64,000 nucleotides of DNA from positions 3,200,001 through 3,264,000 of the forward strand of contig CP166615.1 of the NCBI GenBank assembly GCA_041937175.2. Direction: 5' to 3'. Under the pieces are notes generated by a model. That model saw only the letters and a list, made by a program, of their open reading frames with translations, was not told the DNA's origin and searched no databases. Made by a program: the position numbers and the translations under genes. Origin of the DNA: Limnothrix sp. BL-A-16 (GTDB lineage Bacteria; Cyanobacteriota; Cyanobacteriia; CACIAM-69d). Numbering within the stretch: the first letter of the stretch is position 1; the number at the start of each line of letters is the position of its first letter. Below, in pieces: positions 1-12,164 of the stretch.

Positions 1-552
1 GTGGATGGGCTGTTGATGCGGCTCACGGATTTGTTTTTGGCCTTGCCTCAGTTGCCCCTGTTGTTGCTGCTGATTTATCTGTTTCGGGAACCGTTGCGGG
101 CGATCGCGGGGCCAGAATTGGGGATTTTTCTGCTGGTGATTGGGGCGATCGGTGGGCTGAACTGGATGAGCGTGGCGCGGTTAATTCGGGCTAATTTTCT
201 GACCCTGCGAGAACAAAATTTCGTGTTGGCGGCCTATGCCTTGGGGGCCCGATCGGGCTGGTTAATTTGGCGGCATATTTTGCCCAACGCGATCGGCCCG
301 GCCATTGTTGCGGCTTCCTTGGCGGTGGGCACGGCCATTTTGACGGAATCGACCCTGAACTTTTTGGGGCTGGGCTTTCCGCCCGATGTGCCCACTTGGG
401 GGCGAATGCTCTACGATGCCCAGAATTTTTTGGAAACCGCGCCGCATATGGCCATTTTTCCGGGGCTGGCGATTTTTATGACGGTTTTAAGCGCCAATTT
501 CATCGGGGATGGGCTGCGGGATGCGATCGACCCACAACAGCGATCGTCCTGA
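1..552 (+). CDS. Peptide/nickel ABC transporter permease (DppC/OppC-like), 5' end outside window
   Basis: Hydrophobic helices, EAA-type loop (FVLAAYALGA...IWRHILPN), PTWGRML and NFIGDGLRDAIDP C-terminal signature. Confidence 0.9.
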   Translation: MDGLLMRLTDLFLALPQLPLLLLLIYLFREPLRAIAGPELGIFLLVIGAIGGLNWMSVARLIRANFLTLREQNFVLAAYALGARSGWLIWRHILPNAIGPAIVAASLAVGTAILTESTLNFLGLGFPPDVPTWGRMLYDAQNFLETAPHMAIFPGLAIFMTVLSANFIGDGLRDAIDPQQRSS

Positions 553-611
553 GGTCGCCCTGACGATCGCCCAGTTACCCTGTTTGAATAGGAACAGCGT
601 TTTCATTACCC

Positions 612-1961
612 ATGGGCGATCGCATGATTCGACAGTTGACGGCGAGCCTGGCAGCCGTAATGGTGGGCAGCACGATCGCGCCGCCGGGTTGGGCCAGCCA
701 GCCCAGCGAACCCGTCACCCCCGCCAACGTGGTCAACAAAATCGAAGCGTTGTGGGAGGGGGAATACGAACGCCAATTCAACCGCGACTTACCCGCCCGA
801 CGCATTTCGGCGGCGATTGTCTCAGAGCAGTTGCGGGAAATGGAACGGCGCACCGGCCAGCGATCGGCGCTGCTGTACATGATGCCCCGGGACAACGATG
901 TGGAATTGGTGTTGGTCACCGGCCGCAGCGAACCCAGAATTGAAATCATTCCCGGCGCGTCCCAAGCAACCGTCAATGAAGCGGTGAAGCTGCTGACCGT
1001 TGCGATCACCAACCCGGTGCAGCGAAACGGGGTGAACTATTTACCCTATGCAAGACGCTTGCACAATTGGCTGATTGCCCCGATCGAGTCACAGCTCCAG
1101 GCGGAAGGGATTGAGCTGCTGATTTTTTGCCCTGGGGAGGGGCTGCGATCGGCTCCCTTGGCAGCCCTGCACGATGGCCAGCGCTTTTTGATTGAAAAAT
1201 ACGCGATCGCTCGAATTCCCGGCTTCAGTCTCTTTGATCCACAAGCGGGCAACCTCCAGCGATCGCGGGTGCTGGCCATGGGCGCGTCGCAATTTGAAGA
1301 CACCACCAACCTCAGCCCCTTGCCCGGCGTGCCGATCGAGCTGGAAGCAATTGTGGGCAACGGAGATCGGCCCGGTCTGTGGCCCGGTCGTTATTTCTTG
1401 AACAACCAGTTCACCTTGGGCGCGTTGCAACGGGAACGCCAACGCAGCGACTACGGCATTGTGCATTTGGCGACCCATGCGGAATTCAAAGCCGGTCGCC
1501 CCGAAGCGTCGTTTATTCAGTTTTGGCAAGAGCGATTGAGCTTGGCACAAATCCAGGCGATCGACTGGATCAGCAAGCCGGTGGAATTGTTGGTGCTCAG
1601 TGCTTGTCGAACCGCCGTGGGCGATCGGGAGGCGGAGTTGGGCTTTGCGGGCATGGCGATCGCGTCCGGGGTCAAAGCCTCGATCGCCAGTCTTTGGTAC
1701 GTGAGCGATCGGGGAACCCTGGCCCTGATGAACGAGTTTTATCGCCAATTGCGCCAGGCCCCCACCAAGTCAGAAGCCCTGCGCCAAGCCCAATTGGCCC
1801 TCCTGCGCGGCCAGGTGCGCATTGAGGGCAATGAGTTACGCGGCTCCGGGGCCCGGGGTGGCACGGTGTTTCTGCCGCCGGATATTGCGGCCACCGGCCA
1901 GGAACTGCTATCGCACCCCTACTATTGGGCCGCGTTCACCGTCATCGGCAATCCTTGGTAG
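612..1961 (+). CDS. CHAT domain (caspase-like) protein with N-terminal signal-like segment; start may be 624
   Basis: HLATHA (His) and LVLSACRT (Cys) motifs, ASLWYVSD, terminal HPYYWAAFTVIGNPW. Confidence 0.9.
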   Translation: MGDRMIRQLTASLAAVMVGSTIAPPGWASQPSEPVTPANVVNKIEALWEGEYERQFNRDLPARRISAAIVSEQLREMERRTGQRSALLYMMPRDNDVELVLVTGRSEPRIEIIPGASQATVNEAVKLLTVAITNPVQRNGVNYLPYARRLHNWLIAPIESQLQAEGIELLIFCPGEGLRSAPLAALHDGQRFLIEKYAIARIPGFSLFDPQAGNLQRSRVLAMGASQFEDTTNLSPLPGVPIELEAIVGNGDRPGLWPGRYFLNNQFTLGALQRERQRSDYGIVHLATHAEFKAGRPEASFIQFWQERLSLAQIQAIDWISKPVELLVLSACRTAVGDREAELGFAGMAIASGVKASIASLWYVSDRGTLALMNEFYRQLRQAPTKSEALRQAQLALLRGQVRIEGNELRGSGARGGTVFLPPDIAATGQELLSHPYYWAAFTVIGNPW

Positions 1962-2031
1962 CGTCTGGCCCCGCAAAGGATGCCTAAACAGCCACCATCA
2001 CAACTCTGTGCGCCCCCAAGATCAACCCAGA

Positions 2032-2051
2032 CAAGGGGCTTAAGCCCCTTG
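2032..2051. repeat. 20-bp perfect palindrome CAAGGGGCTTAAGCCCCTTG (REP-like); intact copies also at 15476, 19918, 21070, 21336, 30819, 33790, 46803
   Basis: Read directly; all copies intergenic. Confidence 0.9.
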
Positions 2052-2116
2052 CCCCCAGGACGGTTGATGCTTGGATTGATGCTTATGTTGGTATCGATCA
2101 ATCGCCCATCAGAGGG

Positions 2117-2557
2117 TCAATCGCCCATCAGGGGGTCGATCGCCCCGGGGCCCGTAATGCATTTAGTGATGTAGTCATTCACTAGGTGATAGGCTTCGGC
2201 GTTGAGTTCCGGGTGCAACACCATGTCTTGGCCATTGTCCGGCAACCAAAACACCAGCCGCCCATTAGCCGATCGGGAAAAGGCCCGAATCGTTTTCAGA
2301 TTGATGGTGTATTCCCGTCGATCGTAAACCAAACTCACCCAGTAACAGTCGGCGTTGGCATCCGGCAGGCGATCGATAAATTCCATCACCTGCCGGTAGG
2401 CCGTTGGATGATCCTGGGGAACCAAGACAACGGGCATGGCAGAGTCCGGCAGCCAAAACGAGATCCGCTGGCTGCTGTCACGCGCAAAAAACCGAATACT
2501 CGCCAAATTCACGAGATATTCGTTGCGTTCGTAGGAAAACTGAATCCAATGTGCCAC
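2117..2557 (-). CDS. Hypothetical protein made of two tandem ~65-aa homologous domains
   Basis: HWIQFSYERNEYLVNL..I..F....RISFWLPD repeated as YWVSLVYDRREYTINL..I..F....RLVFWLPD. Confidence 0.75.
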   Translation of the reverse strand: MAHWIQFSYERNEYLVNLASIRFFARDSSQRISFWLPDSAMPVVLVPQDHPTAYRQVMEFIDRLPDANADCYWVSLVYDRREYTINLKTIRAFSRSANGRLVFWLPDNGQDMVLHPELNAEAYHLVNDYITKCITGPGAIDPLMGD

Positions 2558-2602
2558 AGCCGCGCGATCGCCCGAACGACATCAACCTTACTCTACAAGA
2601 CT

Positions 2603-4441
<1,839 letters not shown>

Positions 4442-4620
4442 TCAACAGATCGTCAGAAGATCGTCAGAAGATTGTCAGATGAAACCCGTCGGGTTTGAAC
4501 AGCCGGGTTGAACGCCCGGGTTGAACGCCCTCAATTCTGCCATAGGGCCTTGGTGCGATCGCTGGGATTTTAGGGCGATCGCCCCTGGCCCCAGGCACTC
4601 AAAACGCTCAGTCTCCCTTG

Positions 4621-6048
4621 CTAATCGGCGGCGATCGTGTGAATTTTCAGGAAATTGGTACTCCCGGCCTTGCCAAAGGGGACACCGCCCATCACCAAAA
4701 CCTTATCCCCCGGCGCTGCATATTGACGAGCCAACAAATCTTGCTCCACCAGCGCCAACGCAGAGGCCAACGTTTCCCCATTAAATCCCTTCAGCAAAAT
4801 GGGCCTGACTCCCCAACTTAAACTCAAGCGGTGATAAACCTTGGGATCGGGCGTATAGGCAACGATGGCGGTTTTAGGACGTTCCGCCGATGCCAGTTGG
4901 GCGGTGTATCCCGTTTCGGTGAAGGCCACAATGCATTGCAAATCGATCGTTTCATCGATCGCGTGCAGGGCTTCACTGATGGCATCCGTATCCTCATTTT
5001 GATTGGGTGGATAGTTCACAAATTGAATCGAGGGTTCCACCTCCGTGGCAATCCGCGCCAACATTTTCACAGACTCGATCGGGTAGCTGCCCACCGCCGA
5101 TTCACCGGACAACATCACCGCATCCGTACCATCCATAATCGCATTCGCCACATCACTGGCCTCCGCCCGCGTGGGTCGCGGATTATGGATCATGCTGTCC
5201 AACATTTGGGTTGCCGTAATCACCGGAATTCCCTTTTGATTACAGAGGCGAATGATCTGTTTTTGAATCAGGGGCACTTTCTCCGGGCGCATTTCCACTC
5301 CCAAGTCCCCTCGCGCCACCATCACCGCATCACATTCATCAATAATTGCCTGCAAATTGGCGATCGCCTGCGGTTTTTCCAACTTGGCCAACACCGGAAT
5401 TTCCGCGCCCCGAGCCGCCAACAATGCCTTCAAAACCTGCACATCTTCTGGCTTGCGCACAAAGCTCAAAGAAATCAGATCAACCCCCTGCGCAATCCCA
5501 AATTCCAAATCCCGTTTATCTTTGTCGGTAATGGAAGGTAACTGCAAATCTAGGCTGGGAAAATTCACCCCTTTGCGACTTTTGAGAATGCCACCTTCGA
5601 TGACCTGGCAATGAACCGCATGACCATCAATCTGTTGCACAGATAACTCCAACAGCCCGTCATCCAGCAACACTTGCGTGCCGGGTTCCGCTTCAGCAGC
5701 CAAGTGGGGATAGTCAATGCCAACGGTGTTGGGTTGATTTTGATACTCCGCGATCGGGACGAGGGTTAAAACTTCTCCTTCTATGAGGGGCATGCCTTCG
5801 GGTGGTAAATCACCCACGCGGATTTTTGGCCCTTGCAAATCTTGTAGCAACATCAGAGGCAAATCCAGTTCTTCGGACGCTTGCCGCAGTCGCCAAATTC
5901 GCTCCGCATGATCATCATAGTGACCATGGGAAAAATTCAACCGCGCCACATTCATGCCCGCCAACAGCATTTTGCGGATCATCTCTGGAGAATCGCTGGC
6001 CGGCCCGATCGTGGCCACAATTTTGGTGCGATGGGTTAACGGTTTCAT
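4621..6048 (-). CDS. pyk: Pyruvate kinase (475 aa, lacks the C-terminal PEP-utiliser extension)
   Basis: RTKIVATIGPAS, ARLNFSHG, DLQGPKIR, MVARGDLGVE, ATQMLDSM, MLSGESA. Confidence 0.97.
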   Translation of the reverse strand: MKPLTHRTKIVATIGPASDSPEMIRKMLLAGMNVARLNFSHGHYDDHAERIWRLRQASEELDLPLMLLQDLQGPKIRVGDLPPEGMPLIEGEVLTLVPIAEYQNQPNTVGIDYPHLAAEAEPGTQVLLDDGLLELSVQQIDGHAVHCQVIEGGILKSRKGVNFPSLDLQLPSITDKDKRDLEFGIAQGVDLISLSFVRKPEDVQVLKALLAARGAEIPVLAKLEKPQAIANLQAIIDECDAVMVARGDLGVEMRPEKVPLIQKQIIRLCNQKGIPVITATQMLDSMIHNPRPTRAEASDVANAIMDGTDAVMLSGESAVGSYPIESVKMLARIATEVEPSIQFVNYPPNQNEDTDAISEALHAIDETIDLQCIVAFTETGYTAQLASAERPKTAIVAYTPDPKVYHRLSLSWGVRPILLKGFNGETLASALALVEQDLLARQYAAPGDKVLVMGGVPFGKAGSTNFLKIHTIAAD

Positions 6049-6839
6049 ATCATTCTTGCCTAACTGACAATACCGGCATCAAATGCGGAACCTGAAGCGA
6101 TTCACCCTAACGCAATATTCCTCATGATTCAGATCCAATCATTCAGATCAGAACAGCGGCAACTTCAGCACCTTTAGCAACATTAATGTTGAATAATGAA
6201 ATTAAACGTTAATGTTGCTGATGGATAGCAAATTGCGCCATGGGAATTGATCGCGGATCCCTAAAAATTGGATCATCGATACCCCAATCTTGGTTTTAAA
6301 GACCGAGAACTGTCAATAAAGAAATTAGGAAGATTTGCTTACTGTGCTCTGCAATACCAAACTTGCGGAATTGATCGTGAATTCAATTTATTATTAAATT
6401 TCATGTTAAATCTATGATTATATTCATCATTAAATTTGTTCATTCAATCATTTGTCTATAGGGTGAACAATGCTCACCAATTAACTGCTTGATGGTAGTA
6501 AAAATATGAATTGCTAATTCATTTTAAGAAAAGATTTTCTTCATGTATTGATTAATTTTTTGAGATGAGTAACTATTTAATTTGAAATCAGAATTATCAA
6601 CTCAAGTTTTTTGATTTCTTACGCTGATTCTAAATTTTTACGCCAATTCAGGGATTGCGTGATTTTCGGAATGCTATCTTAATCAGGTCATTGACAGACC
6701 GCCTATTGAACTAATGATCATGAATAAACTATCGGAAATTGCGAATGCGGTCATTTTTGTGGCGCTGCTGAGTTTTATTGGCTTGAGTCTGTTTCGGATT
6801 GGAGCCCATTTTTGGCCGATCGTGACAGGAGGTTAGGGG

Positions 6840-8138
6840 ATGAGTTTGGACGATCGCCCGAACATGAACCGATCGGGGCGAGTGGTGGTGGTGGGCGGCG
6901 GGGCCGCGGGCTTTTTTGGGGCGATCGCCTGTGCGCGATCGAATCCTGACTTGGACGTGACCATTTTGGAGGCGGGGCCCCAATTTCTGAGCAAGGTGCT
7001 GATTTCTGGAGGCGGCCGTTGCAATGTGACCCACGCTTGCTTTGAGCCATCCCAGTTGGTGCAGCACTATCCACGCGGAGCCAAGGCCCTGCGGGGGGTG
7101 TTTAGCCGGTTTCAACCCCGCGATACGGTGACTTGGTTTGTGGGGGAGGGGGTGTTGCTGAAAACCGAGCCGGATGGGCGGATGTTTCCGATTACGGATC
7201 GATCGAGCACCATTGCCGATTGCTTGATGCGGGCGGCAGAAAAAGCGGGCGTGCGGCTGCGATCGCGGGCGGCGGTCAGCAATATTACCCACGAGGCGGG
7301 ACAATTCCAAGTTCAGTTGCGATCGGGGGAAACTTTGACGGCCGATCGGGTGTTGCTGGCCACGGGCAGCCAGCCGACGGCCTACCGCTGGGCGGCGGGG
7401 TTGGGCCATCCGATCGTGTCGCCGGTTCCCTCGTTGTTCACCCTGGCCATTCCCGATCCCCGGCTGGACACGCTGGCGGGGTTGGCCGTGGAGCGGGCCC
7501 AGGTGCGGCTGGTTTTGCCGGCGGCCGATCGGGGCAGCAAAGGCAAAAAGCCGCCGGACTCGGAACAAATTGGCCCGGTGCTGATTACCCATTGGGGCCT
7601 GAGCGGGCCGGCGGTGTTGCGGTTGTCGGCCTGGGCGGCGCGATCGCTCCACGAAGCTCACTATCGGGCCCTGTTGCGGGTGAACTGGCTGGGCACGGCT
7701 TCGGCCGAAGAGGCCCGCGATCGGCTGCGGGTTCTGAAGCAACAAAACCCACGCAAGGCCGTATCCACCGCCGGGCCGCCGGAGTTACCGAAACGGCTTT
7801 GGCAAAAATTGGTAGAAGCGGTGGGCGTGGCGGCGGATTTTCGCTGGGCCGACTTACCCAAGGGGCCGATCGAGGCGTTGGTGCGCGAGTTGGTGCAAGG
7901 AGAATTCAAAATCACCGGCAAGGCGGTCTTCAAGGAAGAGTTTGTGACCTGTGGCGGCATTGATTTGAAATCCGTGGACTTCAAAACCCTGGAAAGCCGC
8001 TCTTGCCCAGGGTTGCACTTTGCCGGTGAAATCTTGGACATTGACGGCATCACGGGCGGGTTCAATTTCCAAAGCGCCTGGTCTACGGGTTGGATTGCGG
8101 GCCAGGCGATCGCCCAGGGAGCTGTTGCCGTTGATTAG
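6840..8138 (+). CDS. HI0933/YhiN (BaiN-like) NAD(P)/FAD-dependent oxidoreductase
   Basis: GGGAAG, ISGGGRCNVTH, GRMFP, LITHWGLSGP, VTCGG, GEILDIDGITGGFNFQSAW. Confidence 0.93.
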   Translation: MSLDDRPNMNRSGRVVVVGGGAAGFFGAIACARSNPDLDVTILEAGPQFLSKVLISGGGRCNVTHACFEPSQLVQHYPRGAKALRGVFSRFQPRDTVTWFVGEGVLLKTEPDGRMFPITDRSSTIADCLMRAAEKAGVRLRSRAAVSNITHEAGQFQVQLRSGETLTADRVLLATGSQPTAYRWAAGLGHPIVSPVPSLFTLAIPDPRLDTLAGLAVERAQVRLVLPAADRGSKGKKPPDSEQIGPVLITHWGLSGPAVLRLSAWAARSLHEAHYRALLRVNWLGTASAEEARDRLRVLKQQNPRKAVSTAGPPELPKRLWQKLVEAVGVAADFRWADLPKGPIEALVRELVQGEFKITGKAVFKEEFVTCGGIDLKSVDFKTLESRSCPGLHFAGEILDIDGITGGFNFQSAWSTGWIAGQAIAQGAVAVD

Positions 8139-8176
8139 CCCTGCCTTAGGGGGTTAGGAGTCGTGGATTCTGCGAC

Positions 8177-10228
8177 CTAAGCCGACAAGGACGGCACGCT
8201 ACAAACATTGGGCCAGTCGATCGCCGTGGCAGACTCGATCGGGCGATCGGCCGGCTCCTGCTGTCGCTTAATCACAATCAGGGTGATGTCATCAAAAATC
8301 TTGGCCTCACCAATGTGGCGATACACATCATCCACCACCAATTTACAAATCTCCTGGGGGGTGCGATGGTGCTCGGTTCGCAACAACCGACAGAGGCGAT
8401 CGGCCCCATAAAGCTGATTGCTGTGGTCGGCCGCCTCGGTCAGGCCGTCCGTATACAGCACCACCAAATCGCCAGGATGGAGATAAACCTCCGCTTCGGC
8501 AATGAAACTACTGACATCCGCTTCAATCCCGAGGGGAAAGCCCAAATCCAAGGTATCGACCCGATCGATCGCGCCATCCGCCCGCACCACGATCGCCTCC
8601 TCATGCTGACCGCTCAGGCGCAGTGAACCCCGTTCATAAACCAACAGGGAAAGGGTCATGTTTCGGTACGATCGCATCCGCCTGGTGTTGTCATACACCA
8701 AGCGGTTGAGGGTGTTGATCGTTTTCACCTGATCAATTTCGCCCACCGCTTGCAAGGTGCGCACCGCCGCCTGCACCATCAGCATCACCATGCCGCTTTC
8801 CAGACCATGGCCCGTCACGTCGCCAATGCTGATTTCCACCCGACCATCCCGGTGCAGCACGTCGTAGTAATCGCCGCCCACCTCATCGGCCGGCTCCATG
8901 TAGGCGGCAATTTCCAAATCCGCCGTGTTCAGCAAATCTTCTTCCTTAGGCAGAATCATTTGGTGCAACCGACGCACCACAGACAACTCCGCCCCCATTC
9001 GGCGATTTTCGTCCGCGAGCTGTTGGTTCAGGGTCACAATTTCTTGATTAGCCCGCGCCAGGTCGTAGGTTCGCTCAGTGACGCGCTGCTCCAAGGTTTC
9101 CAAATGCACTTGCAGTTGGGTGACCATCCGCGCAAAGGAGGTGGCCAATGCGCCGATTTCATCTTCCCGATCGGTGGGTAAGGGTTGATCCCAATGGCCA
9201 CGGGCGATCGCCTGGGAAGCCCGATTCAGGGCCACAATTGGCTCCACCAACCGACCCGCCATCCAATAGGACACCACCACCACCAGCAACAGCACCATGC
9301 TGGACACCATCAGGAGCGATCGAGTTTGGGTGGCCAAGGCCTCTTGCAGGGACTTCAGCGAGAGGGTGACCAGGGCGGATCCTTGCAGGGTTTGTGACTG
9401 ATCGCGCAACGGCACAATCACATGCAGCAGATTGCCATTCACCACGCGGGCGGTGGCCTGGGTGGTGAGGCTATTGCGCAAGAGAGACAATTGCTGCTCG
9501 GCCAATTGCTTCCCGAGTCCACTTTCCGGGCGAGCTTGACCCGCAATCACCTTGCCTTGCAAGTCAATCACCCAAATGCCCAGCACGTCCGGTTCCCGCA
9601 GCAACTCTTCAATTAGGCGATCGAGACCCAGGGCCTGGCGCAGGGATTCCAAAAAGGCCACATGGTTCCCCACTTGCACAATGCGGCGCTGATCAATCCC
9701 CGGAACCCCCACATATTGAAAGACGCGATCGTCAATTTCCCGCCGCCGAGGTTCTTGAATCACCATCTTGGCCTTGCCCGTCAACAGAGGCCAAAACACA
9801 TGGGCTTGGGGTTGTTTTTTCGGATCGGGATTAAAACAAAAAACCGCCTCCCCGGGCGGTCGCAAGCGGGCACATCCATCCGCATCAGAAATCCAAACTT
9901 CATCAATGATCGAATCAGCCAGGATTTTGTTAATTCGTTGTTGGAGTTGGGCGGTTGGTTCGCCGCGTTTTTGGCTCAAATCCACCAGTTGGGCTAAGGC
10001 CGTGGCCGTGGCGGCCATTTGCTGGCCCAATTTGTTTTCCACCGTGGTCGGCACATCCCGCAACACCGACAGGGCCCGGCTGAGGGTGTTGGCCAAGCGC
10101 ACGCCGTCCGTTTCGGAGCGCCGAATCAATTCGTGATGGGTGTTCCAGTGGAAAATGGCAATGGTGGGTAAAACGGCCACCACCGCCACTCCCGCCATCA
10201 TGAATAGCAAGCGTCTTTGTAAATTCAT
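8177..10228 (-). CDS. Membrane-bound SpoIIE/RsbU-family PP2C phosphatase (TM - sensor - TM - HAMP - PP2C)
   Basis: Two TM segments, HAMP (PIVALNRAS...DEIGALATSFARM), GGDYYD, IGDVTGHG, YTDGLTEA, DDIT. Confidence 0.92.
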   Translation of the reverse strand: MNLQRRLLFMMAGVAVVAVLPTIAIFHWNTHHELIRRSETDGVRLANTLSRALSVLRDVPTTVENKLGQQMAATATALAQLVDLSQKRGEPTAQLQQRINKILADSIIDEVWISDADGCARLRPPGEAVFCFNPDPKKQPQAHVFWPLLTGKAKMVIQEPRRREIDDRVFQYVGVPGIDQRRIVQVGNHVAFLESLRQALGLDRLIEELLREPDVLGIWVIDLQGKVIAGQARPESGLGKQLAEQQLSLLRNSLTTQATARVVNGNLLHVIVPLRDQSQTLQGSALVTLSLKSLQEALATQTRSLLMVSSMVLLLVVVVSYWMAGRLVEPIVALNRASQAIARGHWDQPLPTDREDEIGALATSFARMVTQLQVHLETLEQRVTERTYDLARANQEIVTLNQQLADENRRMGAELSVVRRLHQMILPKEEDLLNTADLEIAAYMEPADEVGGDYYDVLHRDGRVEISIGDVTGHGLESGMVMLMVQAAVRTLQAVGEIDQVKTINTLNRLVYDNTRRMRSYRNMTLSLLVYERGSLRLSGQHEEAIVVRADGAIDRVDTLDLGFPLGIEADVSSFIAEAEVYLHPGDLVVLYTDGLTEAADHSNQLYGADRLCRLLRTEHHRTPQEICKLVVDDVYRHIGEAKIFDDITLIVIKRQQEPADRPIESATAIDWPNVCSVPSLSA

Positions 10229-10397
10229 ACGTAAATGTTACTTAAAAAAATTTGTTATTTAAAATGTTTGTCCACCCTCCCAATCCTAGGCCATGTGATC
10301 AGTTGCGCTCCAAGATTGACCCTATGCAAGACCAGTCAACTTTGGGATTAACGCAGTTCAAAACCCCATGTAGAACCTAGCTCATTCAGAGCCAACC

Positions 10398-11573
10398 CTA
10401 ATGAATTCGCATTTCAACGGCCGATCGAAGGGCGATCGTTTCGTTGCTGAGTTCGTCAGCCACCACCACCCGATCGCGCCCCTGTTGTTTGGCGGCATAC
10501 AGGGCCCGATCGGCCCGGGACACCAACAGGGTGGGCGAGGTGGTCAAGGAGGGCGAGATGGCCGCCACCCCAACGCTCACCGTCACACAAGGGTTAACAA
10601 CCGATCGGGGATGGGGCAGGCTCAACCCCAACACGGCCTGGCGAATGCGGGTTCCCACCAATTCCGCCTGCTGCAAAGTGGCGCGGGGCAACAAGACCGC
10701 AAATTCTTCGCCCCCATAGCGAGCCACCAAATCCGAGGTCGATCGAGCCACCTGGGCGATCGCCATCGCCACCTGCTGCAAACAAACATCCCCCGCCACA
10801 TGGCCCAGCAAATCGTTGTAGGCCTTGAACGAGTCCACATCCACCATCACCAAGGCCAACGACTCAGACCGACTGCCGCGCGTCTGCCATTGCTGTTCCA
10901 AATATTCATCAAACCGCCGCCGATTGGCCACGCGCGTCAAGGCATCCATCGTGGCCTTGGCTCCCGCTTCCGTGGCTTGCACATAGAGCTGCTCAATCAT
11001 GGCATCCCCATGCTCAATAATCAGCCGCAGCACATGCTCCAGGTCTTCCCGTTCTCGGGTAATGGTTCCCAACAGCGATTGCAGTTTTTGTTCCGCGTTC
11101 CGGTGTTGGTGGGCCTCGAGGGTTAACCGCTCATTGGCGCTCAACAGCTCGTTTTCAATCACGCTGCTATGCTCGATCGTGGTTTGCAAAACCCACTCCA
11201 GATCTCGCTTCTGTTGGGCCACTTGCTTCAAAATCGTCTGCAATCGCTGCTGTTGGCGACGGTACAGCGACAGGGTGGACTGTAGTTCGTTTTCAATACA
11301 GTCACCATGGATGGCGGTGGTTTCAAGGGCGATCTGGAGATCGCGGTTGCTTTGCTCTAAAGCAGCCACCTGCTGGCGAAGGCGTTTGTTTTCTTCAATC
11401 AACGCTTGTGGATCAGACGATGCCGCCGGATCGGGCAGCGACTGGGGATCGCGCACAGTATCTCCAAACAGACGCGGTATAGGCCGCTTGTAGAGGGTAG
11501 AGCCGAGGGAGCGATCAACATCAACGCCACAGCCTAGGGATTGAACCGATGGATGTTGAACCAAGCGTTGCAC
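10398..11573 (-). CDS. Diguanylate cyclase with N-terminal repeated coiled coil; true start probably downstream of 11573
   Basis: DALTRVANRR, DVDSFKAYND, RYGGEEF; three LxxxLxxxxxH(G/S)xxxxxxL repeats. Confidence 0.9.
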   Translation of the reverse strand: MQRLVQHPSVQSLGCGVDVDRSLGSTLYKRPIPRLFGDTVRDPQSLPDPAASSDPQALIEENKRLRQQVAALEQSNRDLQIALETTAIHGDCIENELQSTLSLYRRQQQRLQTILKQVAQQKRDLEWVLQTTIEHSSVIENELLSANERLTLEAHQHRNAEQKLQSLLGTITREREDLEHVLRLIIEHGDAMIEQLYVQATEAGAKATMDALTRVANRRRFDEYLEQQWQTRGSRSESLALVMVDVDSFKAYNDLLGHVAGDVCLQQVAMAIAQVARSTSDLVARYGGEEFAVLLPRATLQQAELVGTRIRQAVLGLSLPHPRSVVNPCVTVSVGVAAISPSLTTSPTLLVSRADRALYAAKQQGRDRVVVADELSNETIALRSAVEMRIH

Positions 11574-11822
11574 AGACCTGGAAGGATCAAGGGCGATTCA
11601 GGGAACCCATGCTGCGTGATCGATGCCGTAGGATTGCTCACCGCAGGATTACCCACCGAATGATGGCTTGTCATGATGATGACTCAGTGGTGACGACTCA
11701 AGGTCGATCGACGTTGAGCGATCTACTCCGAGCGATCCCTTCTGAGTGAGCCATTCTGAGTCATCTCTTCTGAGCGAGCCATCCGGTCATGACCCACGAA
11801 ACTATCTCCAAGCTCATGATTG

Positions 11823-12164
11823 CTAAGTTAGCACTAGTTCAATGCTGGGCATGAGGCGCTGGAGATTTTTGAGCGATCGCGTTTGCCAAACAATATTAGC
11901 GGATCCTTTAAAAGTTAACTTTGCTGTCCCCCGCTGCCGCAACCGAACTACAAACATAGACAGCATACTGATACCGGAGCTATTGAGGAATTCGAGTTCC
12001 TTGAGGTCAACAATGATGTGCTCGGACTCTTCCGCCGCCGCTTCCAAAATATCAAGCACGGGACGGTAAGCCTCAAGGCCGTCCAGACGCAGGGAACCCC
12101 GACAGAGAATCGTTGACGTGGCGGGGTCATACTGAATGCTGTAGTCCGGTTGTTTTAGTTCCAT
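11823..12164 (-). CDS. STAS-domain anti-sigma-factor-antagonist-like protein (slr1659 family)
   Basis: 113 aa, VDLKELEFLNSSGISML phospho-Ser motif, WQTRSLKNLQRLMP C-terminus. Confidence 0.85.
   Translation of the reverse strand: MELKQPDYSIQYDPATSTILCRGSLRLDGLEAYRPVLDILEAAAEESEHIIVDLKELEFLNSSGISMLSMFVVRLRQRGTAKLTFKGSANIVWQTRSLKNLQRLMPSIELVLT

Noticed and set aside
6729..7745. Long antisense or alternative-frame ORFs (also 22940-23920, 40052-41305, 58569-60128 and others)
   Set aside because: Shadows of GC-rich genes with clear motifs in the other frame or strand.
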